From Dehalococcoidia bacterium (GTDB lineage: Bacteria > Chloroflexota > Dehalococcoidia > UBA2979), in the NCBI GenBank assembly GCA_963667465.2, contig CAXXDN010000001.1, forward strand, positions 960,001-1,024,000: a DNA stretch of 64,000 bases. The letters run 5' to 3'. A model generated the notes under the pieces. The model searched no databases, was not told where the DNA came from, and saw only the letters and a list, made by a program, of their open reading frames with translations. Of the stretch, positions 18,649 through 29,877 are shown one piece after another; the first letter of the stretch is position 1, and each line of letters opens with the position of its first letter. Both the position numbers and the translations under genes were made by a program.

Positions 18649-19268
18649 GTTCGCCCGCCGCTGTGCCGGCGGTGCGCCGGGCTCGCGAGGCCGACATCGC
18701 GACGGTCTCGCTGATCCTCGCGGCTGCGTTTGACGACGACCCGGTGCTCAACTGGTTCGTTCGCCAGGACGAGCGGCACGGCGCGGCAATGGAGCTGCTG
18801 CTCGGGCGGGGCGCGGAGCGCGCCGTGCGTGCGCACGGCGAGTGCTACCTCACCGAGGACCGGCGCGGCGCGGCGGCGTGGCAGCCCCCGGGCTTCGAGG
18901 GGCCTCCGCCCACGCCCGAGCAACGCGAACGCGTGGCCTCCGAGGTCTGCGACACGCCGGAGGGTCGCCGGCGCTTCGCGCAGTTCGTGGAGTTGATGGC
19001 GGAGCACCACCCCGCCGAGCCGCCGAACTTCTACCTCGGCGCGATCGGCGTGCTACCCGCGGTGCAGCGGGGCGGCCTCGGCTCGCTGCTGATTCGCGCC
19101 GTCCTCGATCGCTGCGATCGGGAGGGGATTCCGGCGTCCCTGATCAGTACGAGGGAGCGCAATCTTCCGCTCTACGAGCGGCACGGCTTCGTTGTCAGCG
19201 CCCGCGTCGAGCTGCCGGACGGCGGCCCCTCGATGTGGCCGATGTGGCGCGAGCCTCGGCCTGAGTAG
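18645..19268 (+). CDS. GNAT family N-acetyltransferase
   Basis: GTG overlaps the larA stop; AFDDDP, YLGAIGVLPAVQRGGLGS, NLPLYERHGF. Confidence 0.88.
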   Translation: MSSPAAVPAVRRAREADIATVSLILAAAFDDDPVLNWFVRQDERHGAAMELLLGRGAERAVRAHGECYLTEDRRGAAAWQPPGFEGPPPTPEQRERVASEVCDTPEGRRRFAQFVELMAEHHPAEPPNFYLGAIGVLPAVQRGGLGSLLIRAVLDRCDREGIPASLISTRERNLPLYERHGFVVSARVELPDGGPSMWPMWREPRPE

Positions 19269-19298
19269 CTCGCTGGCTGTAGTTCGTGCGTCGGGCGT

Positions 19299-21641
19299 TC
19301 AGTTGTCGGGCTGGTTCGCGGCGCCCGGGGTGGGATTCCCCACGGTCTGGAAGTCGCCCGCGCCGTCCGGCAGCCGAGCGTAGCTCGTGCCCTCGTCGGC
19401 CTGACCCTCGTCCCAGTCGACGTGGGCGACCAGCGTGCCGCCGTCCGTCCAGATGCCCAGCTCCTCGTCCCTGCCGAGGGCGAAGCCCGGCCAGCCGTCC
19501 TTGTCGAGCTGCACCTGGAGGTGCCCGCCCGGCGGGATCACCAGATCCGGGGGCAAGGCGACCCGCTTGCCGGCGTCCGCCAGGTCGTCGGCTACGACGA
19601 AGTTGGCGAGGACGAGGTGGGAGTCGGACGAGTTGTAGAGCTCGAACCAGTCAAGCGGATCTCCCTGGGCGGCGATCTCGTTGATCACCAGTCCGACGTC
19701 CGCTGGGGAGGCGCCGCTGCTCGCCCCGTCCCTGCCGGCGTCCTCCGGCGGCAAGGGGGGAGGGATGCCCCCGAAGACGCCGGAGAAACTGCCGGAGACC
19801 GTCGCGCCCACTTCGGCGCTGGCCTCCGACAGCGTCAGCACGCCCTCGCTGAAGGGGGTGAAACTGTCGAGGGTCGAACCCCCGGCCGGAATGGACCACA
19901 CGCCTCCGGCGATCCGGTCTTCGCCGATGGTCAGCGTGGCGCCGTCCGTCAGCCGGGCAATGGGCAGCACGACGGTGAAGCCCTCCACGGAACCGTCGGG
20001 CTGCACGCTGATGATGGCGAGCGAGGCCGCAGCCCTGATGCCGAACCCCGCGGTCTCCTCGGCGCTGGCGTGACCAATGACCACTCCCAGGTCGGCGGCG
20101 GGAAGCTCGGTTCCGTCCACCGCGAGGTAAGAGATCGCGCCCGCTGAGCGCGGATCCGGGTTCGTATTGCTTCGCCAGCTCGTCTCGAAGCGCACCTCGA
20201 CCGTGCCGGCCTCGAGTCCGTCCGAGCCCGTGGCGGCCTGATCGGGAGCGGGCCACTCGGGAGGTTGCGGCGTCAGGTCGTCCAGGATTTCCGCGCGGCG
20301 CTTGAGGATGAACTGGCGCGCGCGCTCGGTGTCCGCCGCCGCCGCCGGCCGCTGTGCCGGCAGGGCGTGCTGCTGCACGACCGCCGCCAGCTCGTCGACG
20401 CTCGCCAGCAGCTCGTCCTCGTGCCAGACGCTGTCGAGCAGCTCCTTGAGGCGGGCGACGTACCTCGCTCGCCACTGCTCGTCGCCGTACAGCCGGCTCG
20501 GGATGGCCGCGAGCGCCAGCACCGAGGGCGGGGGGTTGCTGATGTTGTCGAACGGATTGGGATCGTCCTTCAGGTGGAACGCCTCGTCCACGCCCCACGG
20601 CATGAACACGAAGCGGCCGTCCGGTTCCCGGTAGAAGCGGTAGTTGTTGCGGTTGCCGCTGTAGCCGTCCCAGTGGCCGAGCAGCACCTCCAGCGCCCAG
20701 AACGTGAGGAACCGATCGAGGTCGACGGAGTCCGCCAGCGCCGCCAGGCCGGCCCTGGAGGGGTCTTGCAGCGCGGCGACCACGGCGTCCACGTCCGACC
20801 AGTCAGCGGCGTCCTCGTTGGTCTTCTTCTCGAGGGTGCCGCGGTACTCGGGGGTGAAGTCGCTGACCGTTCCCTCGTAGAGGTTGCCCTCGGTGCTCGC
20901 GAAGTGGCGCGCGAGGAAGGGCGGCCTAATCTCCTCGACGTGGATGTAGAGGCCGAGGTCCTTCCCGTTCACCGTGACCGTGGCGAAGCTGCAGCGCGGG
21001 GTCGGCACCCCCGCGAGGGCGAAGACCTGGTGAGCCAGGCAGGTGTTGATCAGCGAGGGGTCCTGGCGGCTGTTGTTCAGGGTCATGCGCTCCATGACGC
21101 CGCCCAGGGCCTGGCTGTCCACGTACTTGTCGAAGCGGAGCTTGAGCGAGGGCCGGGTGTCGCTCTGCGAGCCGATGAACCCCTTCTTGCGGACGCCGAC
21201 CTCGGAGTGAGTCTCGCCGTCCACCGTGACCGTGGCCGGGAACCAGGTGTAGATGTCGGCGAATGGCCGGGAGAGGCCGTATTCCGCGATCTCGGCCAGC
21301 AGATCCTCGAACGTGCGGGTCTGGTGACGCAGCGTGTCCCAGTGCACGGGCGCGATCTCGATGGCGATGTCCAGCACGCGCTGGAGGTCGAAGTAGGCGG
21401 CGCCTGGGTGGGTGGGGCCGGACTCGGTTGGCGCCGGCGCGGGGGCGGGCGTCTCGCTGGGTAGGGCGGCTGCTGTCGGACTTGCGGTCGGCGGCGGCAT
21501 CGCGGGCGCTGCGTCCCGCGAGCTGCACGCCGCCGCGAGCATCGCGAGCGCCACCAAGCCCGCCGCGACCATCGACCGCCACGACGGGCATCCGTCCGAG
21601 CAGCTGCGCCGCGTGAGCGTTCGCCCGGGGCTACGGTTCAC
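19299..21641 (-). CDS. CotH kinase family lipoprotein with C-terminal lamin tail domain
   Basis: Lipobox LAAAC; GVRKKG, SLKL.FD, HWDGY...NNY..Y, PWGVD; LTD VINEI...DWFELYN...TPGAAN. Alternative start at 21572. Confidence 0.88.
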   Translation of the reverse strand: MNRSPGRTLTRRSCSDGCPSWRSMVAAGLVALAMLAAACSSRDAAPAMPPPTASPTAAALPSETPAPAPAPTESGPTHPGAAYFDLQRVLDIAIEIAPVHWDTLRHQTRTFEDLLAEIAEYGLSRPFADIYTWFPATVTVDGETHSEVGVRKKGFIGSQSDTRPSLKLRFDKYVDSQALGGVMERMTLNNSRQDPSLINTCLAHQVFALAGVPTPRCSFATVTVNGKDLGLYIHVEEIRPPFLARHFASTEGNLYEGTVSDFTPEYRGTLEKKTNEDAADWSDVDAVVAALQDPSRAGLAALADSVDLDRFLTFWALEVLLGHWDGYSGNRNNYRFYREPDGRFVFMPWGVDEAFHLKDDPNPFDNISNPPPSVLALAAIPSRLYGDEQWRARYVARLKELLDSVWHEDELLASVDELAAVVQQHALPAQRPAAAADTERARQFILKRRAEILDDLTPQPPEWPAPDQAATGSDGLEAGTVEVRFETSWRSNTNPDPRSAGAISYLAVDGTELPAADLGVVIGHASAEETAGFGIRAAASLAIISVQPDGSVEGFTVVLPIARLTDGATLTIGEDRIAGGVWSIPAGGSTLDSFTPFSEGVLTLSEASAEVGATVSGSFSGVFGGIPPPLPPEDAGRDGASSGASPADVGLVINEIAAQGDPLDWFELYNSSDSHLVLANFVVADDLADAGKRVALPPDLVIPPGGHLQVQLDKDGWPGFALGRDEELGIWTDGGTLVAHVDWDEGQADEGTSYARLPDGAGDFQTVGNPTPGAANQPDN

Positions 21642-22915
21642 GAGCCTGCTCCTCGCTGCAACGGGTTGCCCGTGGCAGCTACGTAGAGTGCCCAGGCGCC
21701 GGCGAGGAGCGCGGCTGCGACGAGGAACCCTCCCTCGAAGCCGATTCTAGCGGCGATCAGGAATCCCGCGAAGGGGCCGAGCGCCGCCCCCAGGTCCAGC
21801 CAGGTCGAGTACCTGCCCAGCACGGCGGCGCGCGCCACGGCGGGTGACGTTTCGCCTATGGCCGCATCGAGCGCCACGTTCACTCCCACCGAGGCGATGA
21901 ACAGCAGCGGTATCCCGGCGACAAGAGCGACGACCGAATCGAGTGCGACCGCCAACACCAGCGCCGCGAGCATCGCGGCCATCCCGCAGGCGACCGACAG
22001 CCGCCTGCCCACGCGGTCCGAGAGGTACCCCAGCGGCACCGCCAGGCCGAGGTCGGACAGCCATCTGAACCCGACCAGCAGGCCCGCGAGGGTCACCACC
22101 GCGAGTGACCCTCCGAGTACGTTCCCATCCTCGTCGGCGAACTCGGCGAGGTAGGGAGCGACGGTGGCGATGACCAGACCGTTACCCGCGAACGCCGTGG
22201 CGAACCGCATCAGGCTGATCGAGAGCAGGTGGACCCGCAGCTTGCGGCCGTAGCCCGGCAGGGTGGAGATGGCGAGGTTCCAGGGGCTGAGGCGGCCTCG
22301 CAGGCCGCCGGCGGAGGAGCTCGCGCGTTCGGGCCTGAGGTTGGGGGCCCGCGTGGCGATCACCATGCCGAGCAGTCCCACCCCGGCAAGGGCCGCGAAC
22401 GTAACCTCCCTCGAGGTGAGCTGGAACAGCGTCGCGCCAGCGGTCACCGCGACCAGGCTGCCGAGCCGCTGACCGGAGTTGAAGAACCCCATCAGCCTGC
22501 CGCGCATCGCGGTTGTGCCCGCTCCGAACGCCGTCAGCTGTGCCGCGAGTCGCATGTGCGAGTACGACACGCCCCAGAGCGTGCGGGCCAACAGCAGCAC
22601 CACGAGACCACTGCCCAGGCCGTAGGCGAGCGTCGTGAGGGAGCCGGCGGCAATCGAAGCAACGAACGGCCAGCGCATCCCGAACCGCTGGTAGACCGAG
22701 GCGGCGAGGGCGTTGCTGATGAGGCGGATGAAGCGATTGATGCTGAGGGCAAGCCCGATCCAGAAGGACGCGGCGAGGCCGAACTGGTCGGCTATCCCGA
22801 ACTCGATCGCCGCCACGGGCAGCACGACGTACATCAGGGAGTCGCCCATGATGACCGCGGCGGTCGGAGCCACCGCGTACACCATTCCCGCCGGGATGAG
22901 CTGCCTCATGCGCAC
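21638..22915 (-). CDS. MFS transporter
   Basis: About 12 TM helices; GYLSDRVGRR. Confidence 0.88.
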   Translation of the reverse strand: MRMRQLIPAGMVYAVAPTAAVIMGDSLMYVVLPVAAIEFGIADQFGLAASFWIGLALSINRFIRLISNALAASVYQRFGMRWPFVASIAAGSLTTLAYGLGSGLVVLLLARTLWGVSYSHMRLAAQLTAFGAGTTAMRGRLMGFFNSGQRLGSLVAVTAGATLFQLTSREVTFAALAGVGLLGMVIATRAPNLRPERASSSAGGLRGRLSPWNLAISTLPGYGRKLRVHLLSISLMRFATAFAGNGLVIATVAPYLAEFADEDGNVLGGSLAVVTLAGLLVGFRWLSDLGLAVPLGYLSDRVGRRLSVACGMAAMLAALVLAVALDSVVALVAGIPLLFIASVGVNVALDAAIGETSPAVARAAVLGRYSTWLDLGAALGPFAGFLIAARIGFEGGFLVAAALLAGAWALYVAATGNPLQRGAGS

Positions 22916-23077
22916 TCCTGGAGCGCGGCTTCGTCGCCGCTACGCTGACGCGCGCTTCCCGCACACTGAGTCCCCAGCGAAGTCGTGACCGTCATCACCA
23001 CCGCCCGCCGGGACACTCACCTGCGCGCCGGGGCTCCAGGGGAAGACGACCGCCGTTGGCCGTGCAATCGAGGTAGC

Positions 23078-23269
23078 CCGAGGCTCCCGAACTGGCCGTC
23101 ACGCGCTGGTTCAACCGCCGGCAGCCCGACGCTGGCCGCCCTCAGGGGCGAAGTCGCGGTCATCGAGGCGTTTCAGCTGCTCTGCCCCGGCTGCGTCTCC
23201 CACGGGCTGCCGCAGGCCCAGCGCATCCAGCAGGCCTTCACCGTGGGCCTCGCGGCTGCTCCCGGCTAG
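23078..23269 (+). pseudogene. Remnant of a thioredoxin-fold redoxin (AhpC/TSA/TlpA-like)
   Basis: APELAVTRWFN, then a one-base frameshift, then PTLAALRGEVAVIEAFQLLCPGCVSHGLPQAQR; truncated shortly after. Confidence 0.7.
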
Positions 23270-24093
23270 CCCTGCTGCAGCTCCTGGACCACGCCGCGCA
23301 TGTACTCGGCGTCGTGGAAGCGGGGGGTGCGCCGCTCCGAGAAGGCGCGCACCGCCTCGCGGTGCTCGGGAGTCTGCAGCGCGGCGTCGAACTCCACGCG
23401 CGAGTTCTGCTCGGTCGCATCCAGGGTGGGCGCGAACAGGTCGTCGAACGTCATCTTCTTGACCGTGCGCAGCGTCGAGGCGGGGTTCGCGGCGATCTCC
23501 TGGCCGAGCGCGATCGCCTCGGGCAGCAGCTGGTCGGGCTCGACCAGGCGGTGCACCAGGCCCAGCTCGAGGGCGTCCTGCGCGCTGTAGATCCGGCCCG
23601 TCAGCATCATCTCCTTCGCGTTGTGGAGGCCGATCACCCGGGGCAGCATCCACGAGGAGCTGACCTCCGGCGTCAGCCCGATCGCCGCGAAGCGCATCGA
23701 GAAGCGCGCCTCCGTCGACGCCACGATCGCGTCGTACCAGAGGATCGAGGTCAGCCCGATGCCGAGCGCGATCCCGTTGACCGCGGCGATCAACGGCTTG
23801 CACTCGACAGCGAGGAACTCGGGCGTCCAGGGGTGCGCGCCCGGCGGCCGCTGCTGCGGGCGGTCGAAGTCGCCGGCCATGCGTGCGCTCAGGTCGGCGC
23901 CGGAGCTGTACGCGCGGCCGTTGCCGGTCGTCACGATCGCGCCGATGCCGGGGTCTCCGTTGAACTCCTCAAGCGCCTCGCGGATCTCGCCGGCGAGCTC
24001 GGCGCCGAAGGCGTTCATCCGCTCCGGCCGGTTGAAGCGCACGATGCCGACGCGCCCTTCGCGTGCTACCTCGATGAACTCCCAGTCGGCCAT
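23266..24093 (-). CDS. Enoyl-CoA hydratase/isomerase family protein
   Basis: Start MADWEF; FNRPERMNA, YSSGAD, KPLIAAVNG; canonical Glu pair absent. Confidence 0.9.
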   Translation of the reverse strand: MADWEFIEVAREGRVGIVRFNRPERMNAFGAELAGEIREALEEFNGDPGIGAIVTTGNGRAYSSGADLSARMAGDFDRPQQRPPGAHPWTPEFLAVECKPLIAAVNGIALGIGLTSILWYDAIVASTEARFSMRFAAIGLTPEVSSSWMLPRVIGLHNAKEMMLTGRIYSAQDALELGLVHRLVEPDQLLPEAIALGQEIAANPASTLRTVKKMTFDDLFAPTLDATEQNSRVEFDAALQTPEHREAVRAFSERRTPRFHDAEYMRGVVQELQQG

Positions 24094-24286
24094 GTCGGGC
24101 TCCTCTCTCGCCTCTGCGGTAGCGCGCATCATGCCACGCCGCCTCGGGGGCCGGGCCGGCCCTCGGAAGGTAGTATGTGCGCGTCGGCGGTCTTCGCGGC
24201 CGGTGACGATCGTCTCGTCGCACGGGAACGAAGTCAGGAATCGGCGCCGCACCAGGGGCGCCGTCCGGAGCACGCCGGGAGGCTCG

Positions 24287-25396
24287 ATGCGCGCACTCGT
24301 CATCGGCGGCACCGCGGCCACCGGCCCGCCGGTCGTGCGGCGGCTGCTCGATCGTGGCTACGACGTGACCCTCTACCACCGCGGGCTGCACGAGGCCGGC
24401 TCTCTCCCGGACGACCTCGAGCACATCCACGGCGAGCCGCACTTCGAGGAGACGATTGCGCGCGACCTCGCGGGTCGCAGCTTCGACCTGGTCGTGGCGA
24501 CGTATGGCCGCATCCGCTACCTGGCCGAGGCCCTCGAGGGCAAGACGCCGCGCCTGATCACGATCGGCGGGTTCCCCGTCATGAAGGGCTGGATGCACGT
24601 CCGCGATCCGCACAACGCCGAGCATGACGGCCCGGTGCTGACTCCGGGGTTCGAGGAGAACGAGTTGGAAGAGGCCGGCGTCGACGCCTTCGTCGATCGC
24701 ATGATCGAGACGGAGCGCGCGGTCATGGACCGCCACGCGGCCGGACACTACGAGGCGACGCACTTCCGTTATCCGTACGTCTACGGGCCACACAGCATCG
24801 TCTCGAGCGAGTGGCGGATCATCAAGCGAGTCCTCGACGATCGGAAGCGCTTCATCATCCAGGGCGGCGGGCTCACGCTCAGCACGCGTTGCGCCTCGGA
24901 GAATGTCGGTCACGCCATCGCGCTGGCGATCGATCAGCCCGAGAACTCAGCCGGGCAGATCTACCACCTCGCCGACGATGTGCAGTTCACCGCGCAGCAG
25001 TGGGTCGAGTTGATCGCCGGGATCCTCGGCTACGAGTTCGAGTTCGTCGAGATTCCGTGGAGTATCGCGCCGCCGGGGCGGACGTTCGTGCCGCTCAGCG
25101 GGCAGCCGTTTCACCGGCTGATGAGCAACGCCAAACTGCGCGGCGACCTCGGCTATCGGGACGCCGTGCGGCCGCAGGACTGGGTGCGGACGACGGTCGA
25201 GTGGTGGCTGGAGCATCCACCGGCGGTGGATGGAGAAGGCAACAGCATGAAAGCGCGCGACTTCGACTACGAGGGCGAGGACCGGCTGCTCGCGGCCTGG
25301 GACGAGTTGCTGGCCAGCGCGCCCGATGTCTTCTCCGAGCGCGTCTACTTCCGGCACCCGTACCCGCACCCGAAGCAGCTCGGCGACCTGCTCTAG
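24287..25396 (+). CDS. NAD-dependent epimerase/dehydratase family protein
   Basis: Start MRALVIGGTAATG after GGAGG; RYPYVYGP. Confidence 0.85.
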   Translation: MRALVIGGTAATGPPVVRRLLDRGYDVTLYHRGLHEAGSLPDDLEHIHGEPHFEETIARDLAGRSFDLVVATYGRIRYLAEALEGKTPRLITIGGFPVMKGWMHVRDPHNAEHDGPVLTPGFEENELEEAGVDAFVDRMIETERAVMDRHAAGHYEATHFRYPYVYGPHSIVSSEWRIIKRVLDDRKRFIIQGGGLTLSTRCASENVGHAIALAIDQPENSAGQIYHLADDVQFTAQQWVELIAGILGYEFEFVEIPWSIAPPGRTFVPLSGQPFHRLMSNAKLRGDLGYRDAVRPQDWVRTTVEWWLEHPPAVDGEGNSMKARDFDYEGEDRLLAAWDELLASAPDVFSERVYFRHPYPHPKQLGDLL

Positions 25397-25457
25397 CCGC
25401 TCCGCCGCCGCGCAGCTTCGCGGCTGCCGGGCCGGATCGGCAGGCGGGAGGGACACG

Positions 25458-26480
25458 ATGCGGGTCTACGCCTCGACCGACCCGAACATGCCGCTGGAGG
25501 AGGTTGGCGCCTACGCACGGCGCGTGGAGCGCATGGGCTTCGACGGTCTGCGGGTGCCGGAGACAGTCCACGACGGGCTCATGGTCTCGCTGCTCGCGCT
25601 CGAGCACACGACGCAGCTGCACGTGCGGAGTTCGGTGATCCTCGCCTTCCCGCGCAGCCCGATGGTGGTGGCTTATGCGGCATGGGACCTCCAGCGCATG
25701 TCGGGCGGGCGCTTCGGGCTGGGGCTCGGCACGCAGATCCGCGCCAACATCGAGGGGCGGTTCTCCGTGCCCTGGCGCGCGCCGGTGGCGCGCATGCGCG
25801 AGTACCTGCAAGCGCTGCAAGCCATCTTCGCCGCCTTCCAGGACGGCGCCGCCCTCGACTTCCAAGGGGAGCACTACCGCTTCACGCGCCTCCAGCCCTA
25901 CTTCAACCCTGGCCCGATCGAGGCGCCGCCGCCTCCGCTCCTCCTCGGAGCGGTGAACCGCCACCTGAGCGAGGTGGCGGGCGAGCTCTGCGCCGGCCTT
26001 GTCACCCACCCGACGAACTCCAGCCCGCGCTTTCTGCGCGAGGTCACGCGACCGGCGCTGGCCGCGGGCGCCGAGCGCGGCGGACGCAGCCTCGAGGAGA
26101 TCGAGCTCGTCGCCGGAACCTCGATCATCACCGGGCGCGATGCGGCGGAGCTGGCGGCGGCGCGCGACCCGGCGCGGCGGATGCTCGCCTTCCTCTACTC
26201 GACGCCGCTGTACTGGCCCACGCTCGAGACGCACGGTTGGGGAGACCTCGGGCAGCGCTTGCGCGAGCTCACGCGCGAGGGCCGCTGGGACGACCTTCCC
26301 GCCCTCTTCGGTGACGAGGTGCTCGACGCGCTTGTGCCGCAGGGGACGTACGGCGAGATCGCGGACGTGCTGCTCGAGCGCTACCGGGGGTTGGCGGACG
26401 GCCTCGGGCTCGCTCCGCCGGAGAATCCGGCGCACGACGACGAGGTCGCGGCGGTGATCCGGCAGCTGCAGGCGGGGTAG
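25458..26480 (+). CDS. LLM-class oxidoreductase, probably F420-dependent
   Basis: PETVHD, AFPRSPM..AY.AWDLQ..SGGRF.LGLGTQI. Confidence 0.9.
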   Translation: MRVYASTDPNMPLEEVGAYARRVERMGFDGLRVPETVHDGLMVSLLALEHTTQLHVRSSVILAFPRSPMVVAYAAWDLQRMSGGRFGLGLGTQIRANIEGRFSVPWRAPVARMREYLQALQAIFAAFQDGAALDFQGEHYRFTRLQPYFNPGPIEAPPPPLLLGAVNRHLSEVAGELCAGLVTHPTNSSPRFLREVTRPALAAGAERGGRSLEEIELVAGTSIITGRDAAELAAARDPARRMLAFLYSTPLYWPTLETHGWGDLGQRLRELTREGRWDDLPALFGDEVLDALVPQGTYGEIADVLLERYRGLADGLGLAPPENPAHDDEVAAVIRQLQAG

Positions 26481-26563
26481 TCTGGGCCGCCGTCGTCGTA
26501 CGATTGGCGCGCGCCGTGCAGCGCGCCGCCAGGCGGGCCCGCCGCGGGTGAGGAGCATGTCCG

Positions 26564-27766
26564 ATGGCAGCGCCCCTCGATGAGATTCGTGTGCTCGAGG
26601 TCGCGAACTGGCTGGCCGCGCCGGCCGCCGCGGCCCTCATGGCCGACCTCGGCGCCGACGTCGTCAAGGTTGAGCCTCCCGGAGGCGATGCCTTCCGCGG
26701 GGTGCTGCAGGCGCACGCGCCGGACGCACAGCTCCTGCCGGGCTTCGAGCTCGACAACCGGGGCAAGCGCTCCGTCGCGGTGGACCTGGAGCGTTCCGGC
26801 GGCCCCGATCTCGTTCGGCGACTCTCCGTCGGCGCCGATGTCTTCATCACCAACCTGACTCGCCATCGCGTCGAGCGCTACGGCCTCGGCTTCGAGGAAA
26901 TCCGCGCCATCAACCCCCGCGTCGTGTACGTCGCGTTTAGCGGCTACGGGTCGAGCGGCCCCGACGCCGACCGCGGGGGCTTCGACTACCTCGCGTTCTG
27001 GGCGCGCTCCGGGATCATGGGCGCGCTCGGCGAGTCCGGCGACGCGCCGGTGATGGCGCGCGGCGGACAGGGCGACCACACCACCTCGCTCAACATCCTC
27101 GCCGCCACGCTCGCCGCCTTGCGCCTCCGGGACCAGACCGGCGAGGCGCAACGCGTCGAGGTGACGCTCCAACTGACCGGAATGTGGACCATCGGCACGG
27201 ACGTGCAGAACGCCCTGCAGTCGGCCGAGCAGCCGGCGAAGGTCGACCGGCGCTCGCCCCGGAACGCGCTCGCCAACAGCTACCCGACGCGCGACGGCCG
27301 CTGGCTGCTGCTGATGATGCCGCAGGCGGAACGCTATTGGCCGCGCCTCTGCGAGGCGATCCGCGAGCCCGGCTGGGCCACCGCCGAGCGCTACGACTCG
27401 ATCGCGAAGCTGCTGGCTCACGGGCCGGAGCTGGCCGAGGCGCTGGAGCAGCGTTTCCTGGGTGAAGACCTCGCTACCTGGAGAACTCGCCTCGACGAGG
27501 CTGGCTGCCTCTGGGCGCCGGTCGCGGATCTCCCCGAGGTGGTCGACGACCCGCAGCCTCGTGCGATGGGCGCCTTCGCCACGGTCGATCACCCGCGCGA
27601 GGGGCCATTCCAGATCCTCAACGCTCCGTTCCGGATCGACGGCGCGGACATCGCGGTTCGCGGGGCCGCGCCGGACATCGGCGCCCACACGCACGAGGTG
27701 CTGCGGGAGGCGGGCCTCAGCGACCAGGAGATCGCACAGCTCGCCGCCGGCCGCGTCCTCGGGTAG
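26564..27766 (+). CDS. CaiB/BaiF family (class III) CoA-transferase
   Basis: ADLGADVVKVEPP.GD, NRGKRS, catalytic GD, AP..GAHT. Confidence 0.92.
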   Translation: MAAPLDEIRVLEVANWLAAPAAAALMADLGADVVKVEPPGGDAFRGVLQAHAPDAQLLPGFELDNRGKRSVAVDLERSGGPDLVRRLSVGADVFITNLTRHRVERYGLGFEEIRAINPRVVYVAFSGYGSSGPDADRGGFDYLAFWARSGIMGALGESGDAPVMARGGQGDHTTSLNILAATLAALRLRDQTGEAQRVEVTLQLTGMWTIGTDVQNALQSAEQPAKVDRRSPRNALANSYPTRDGRWLLLMMPQAERYWPRLCEAIREPGWATAERYDSIAKLLAHGPELAEALEQRFLGEDLATWRTRLDEAGCLWAPVADLPEVVDDPQPRAMGAFATVDHPREGPFQILNAPFRIDGADIAVRGAAPDIGAHTHEVLREAGLSDQEIAQLAAGRVLG

Positions 27767-27905
27767 CGCGCAGGCCGCGCCCGTCGCCGGCGCTCCCGGG
27801 CACGCCGCCGCCGCCCTCCGCTATCGCCTGCGCCGCCCGCGTGCTCAACTGGTCGGAGCGCCGTTGACCCGGCACTCCCAAACCTGATCTCACCCGGAGC
27901 CCGTT

Positions 27906-29783
<1,878 letters not shown>

Positions 29784-29877
29784 CCAACAAGTCCCTCGCA
29801 GGCTTGCAGTATGCTTCCGGCGCTTCGCGTGACGGGCGGGCGCCGTACGTCCGCTTGAGGAAAGCGAGGGCCGGCCG

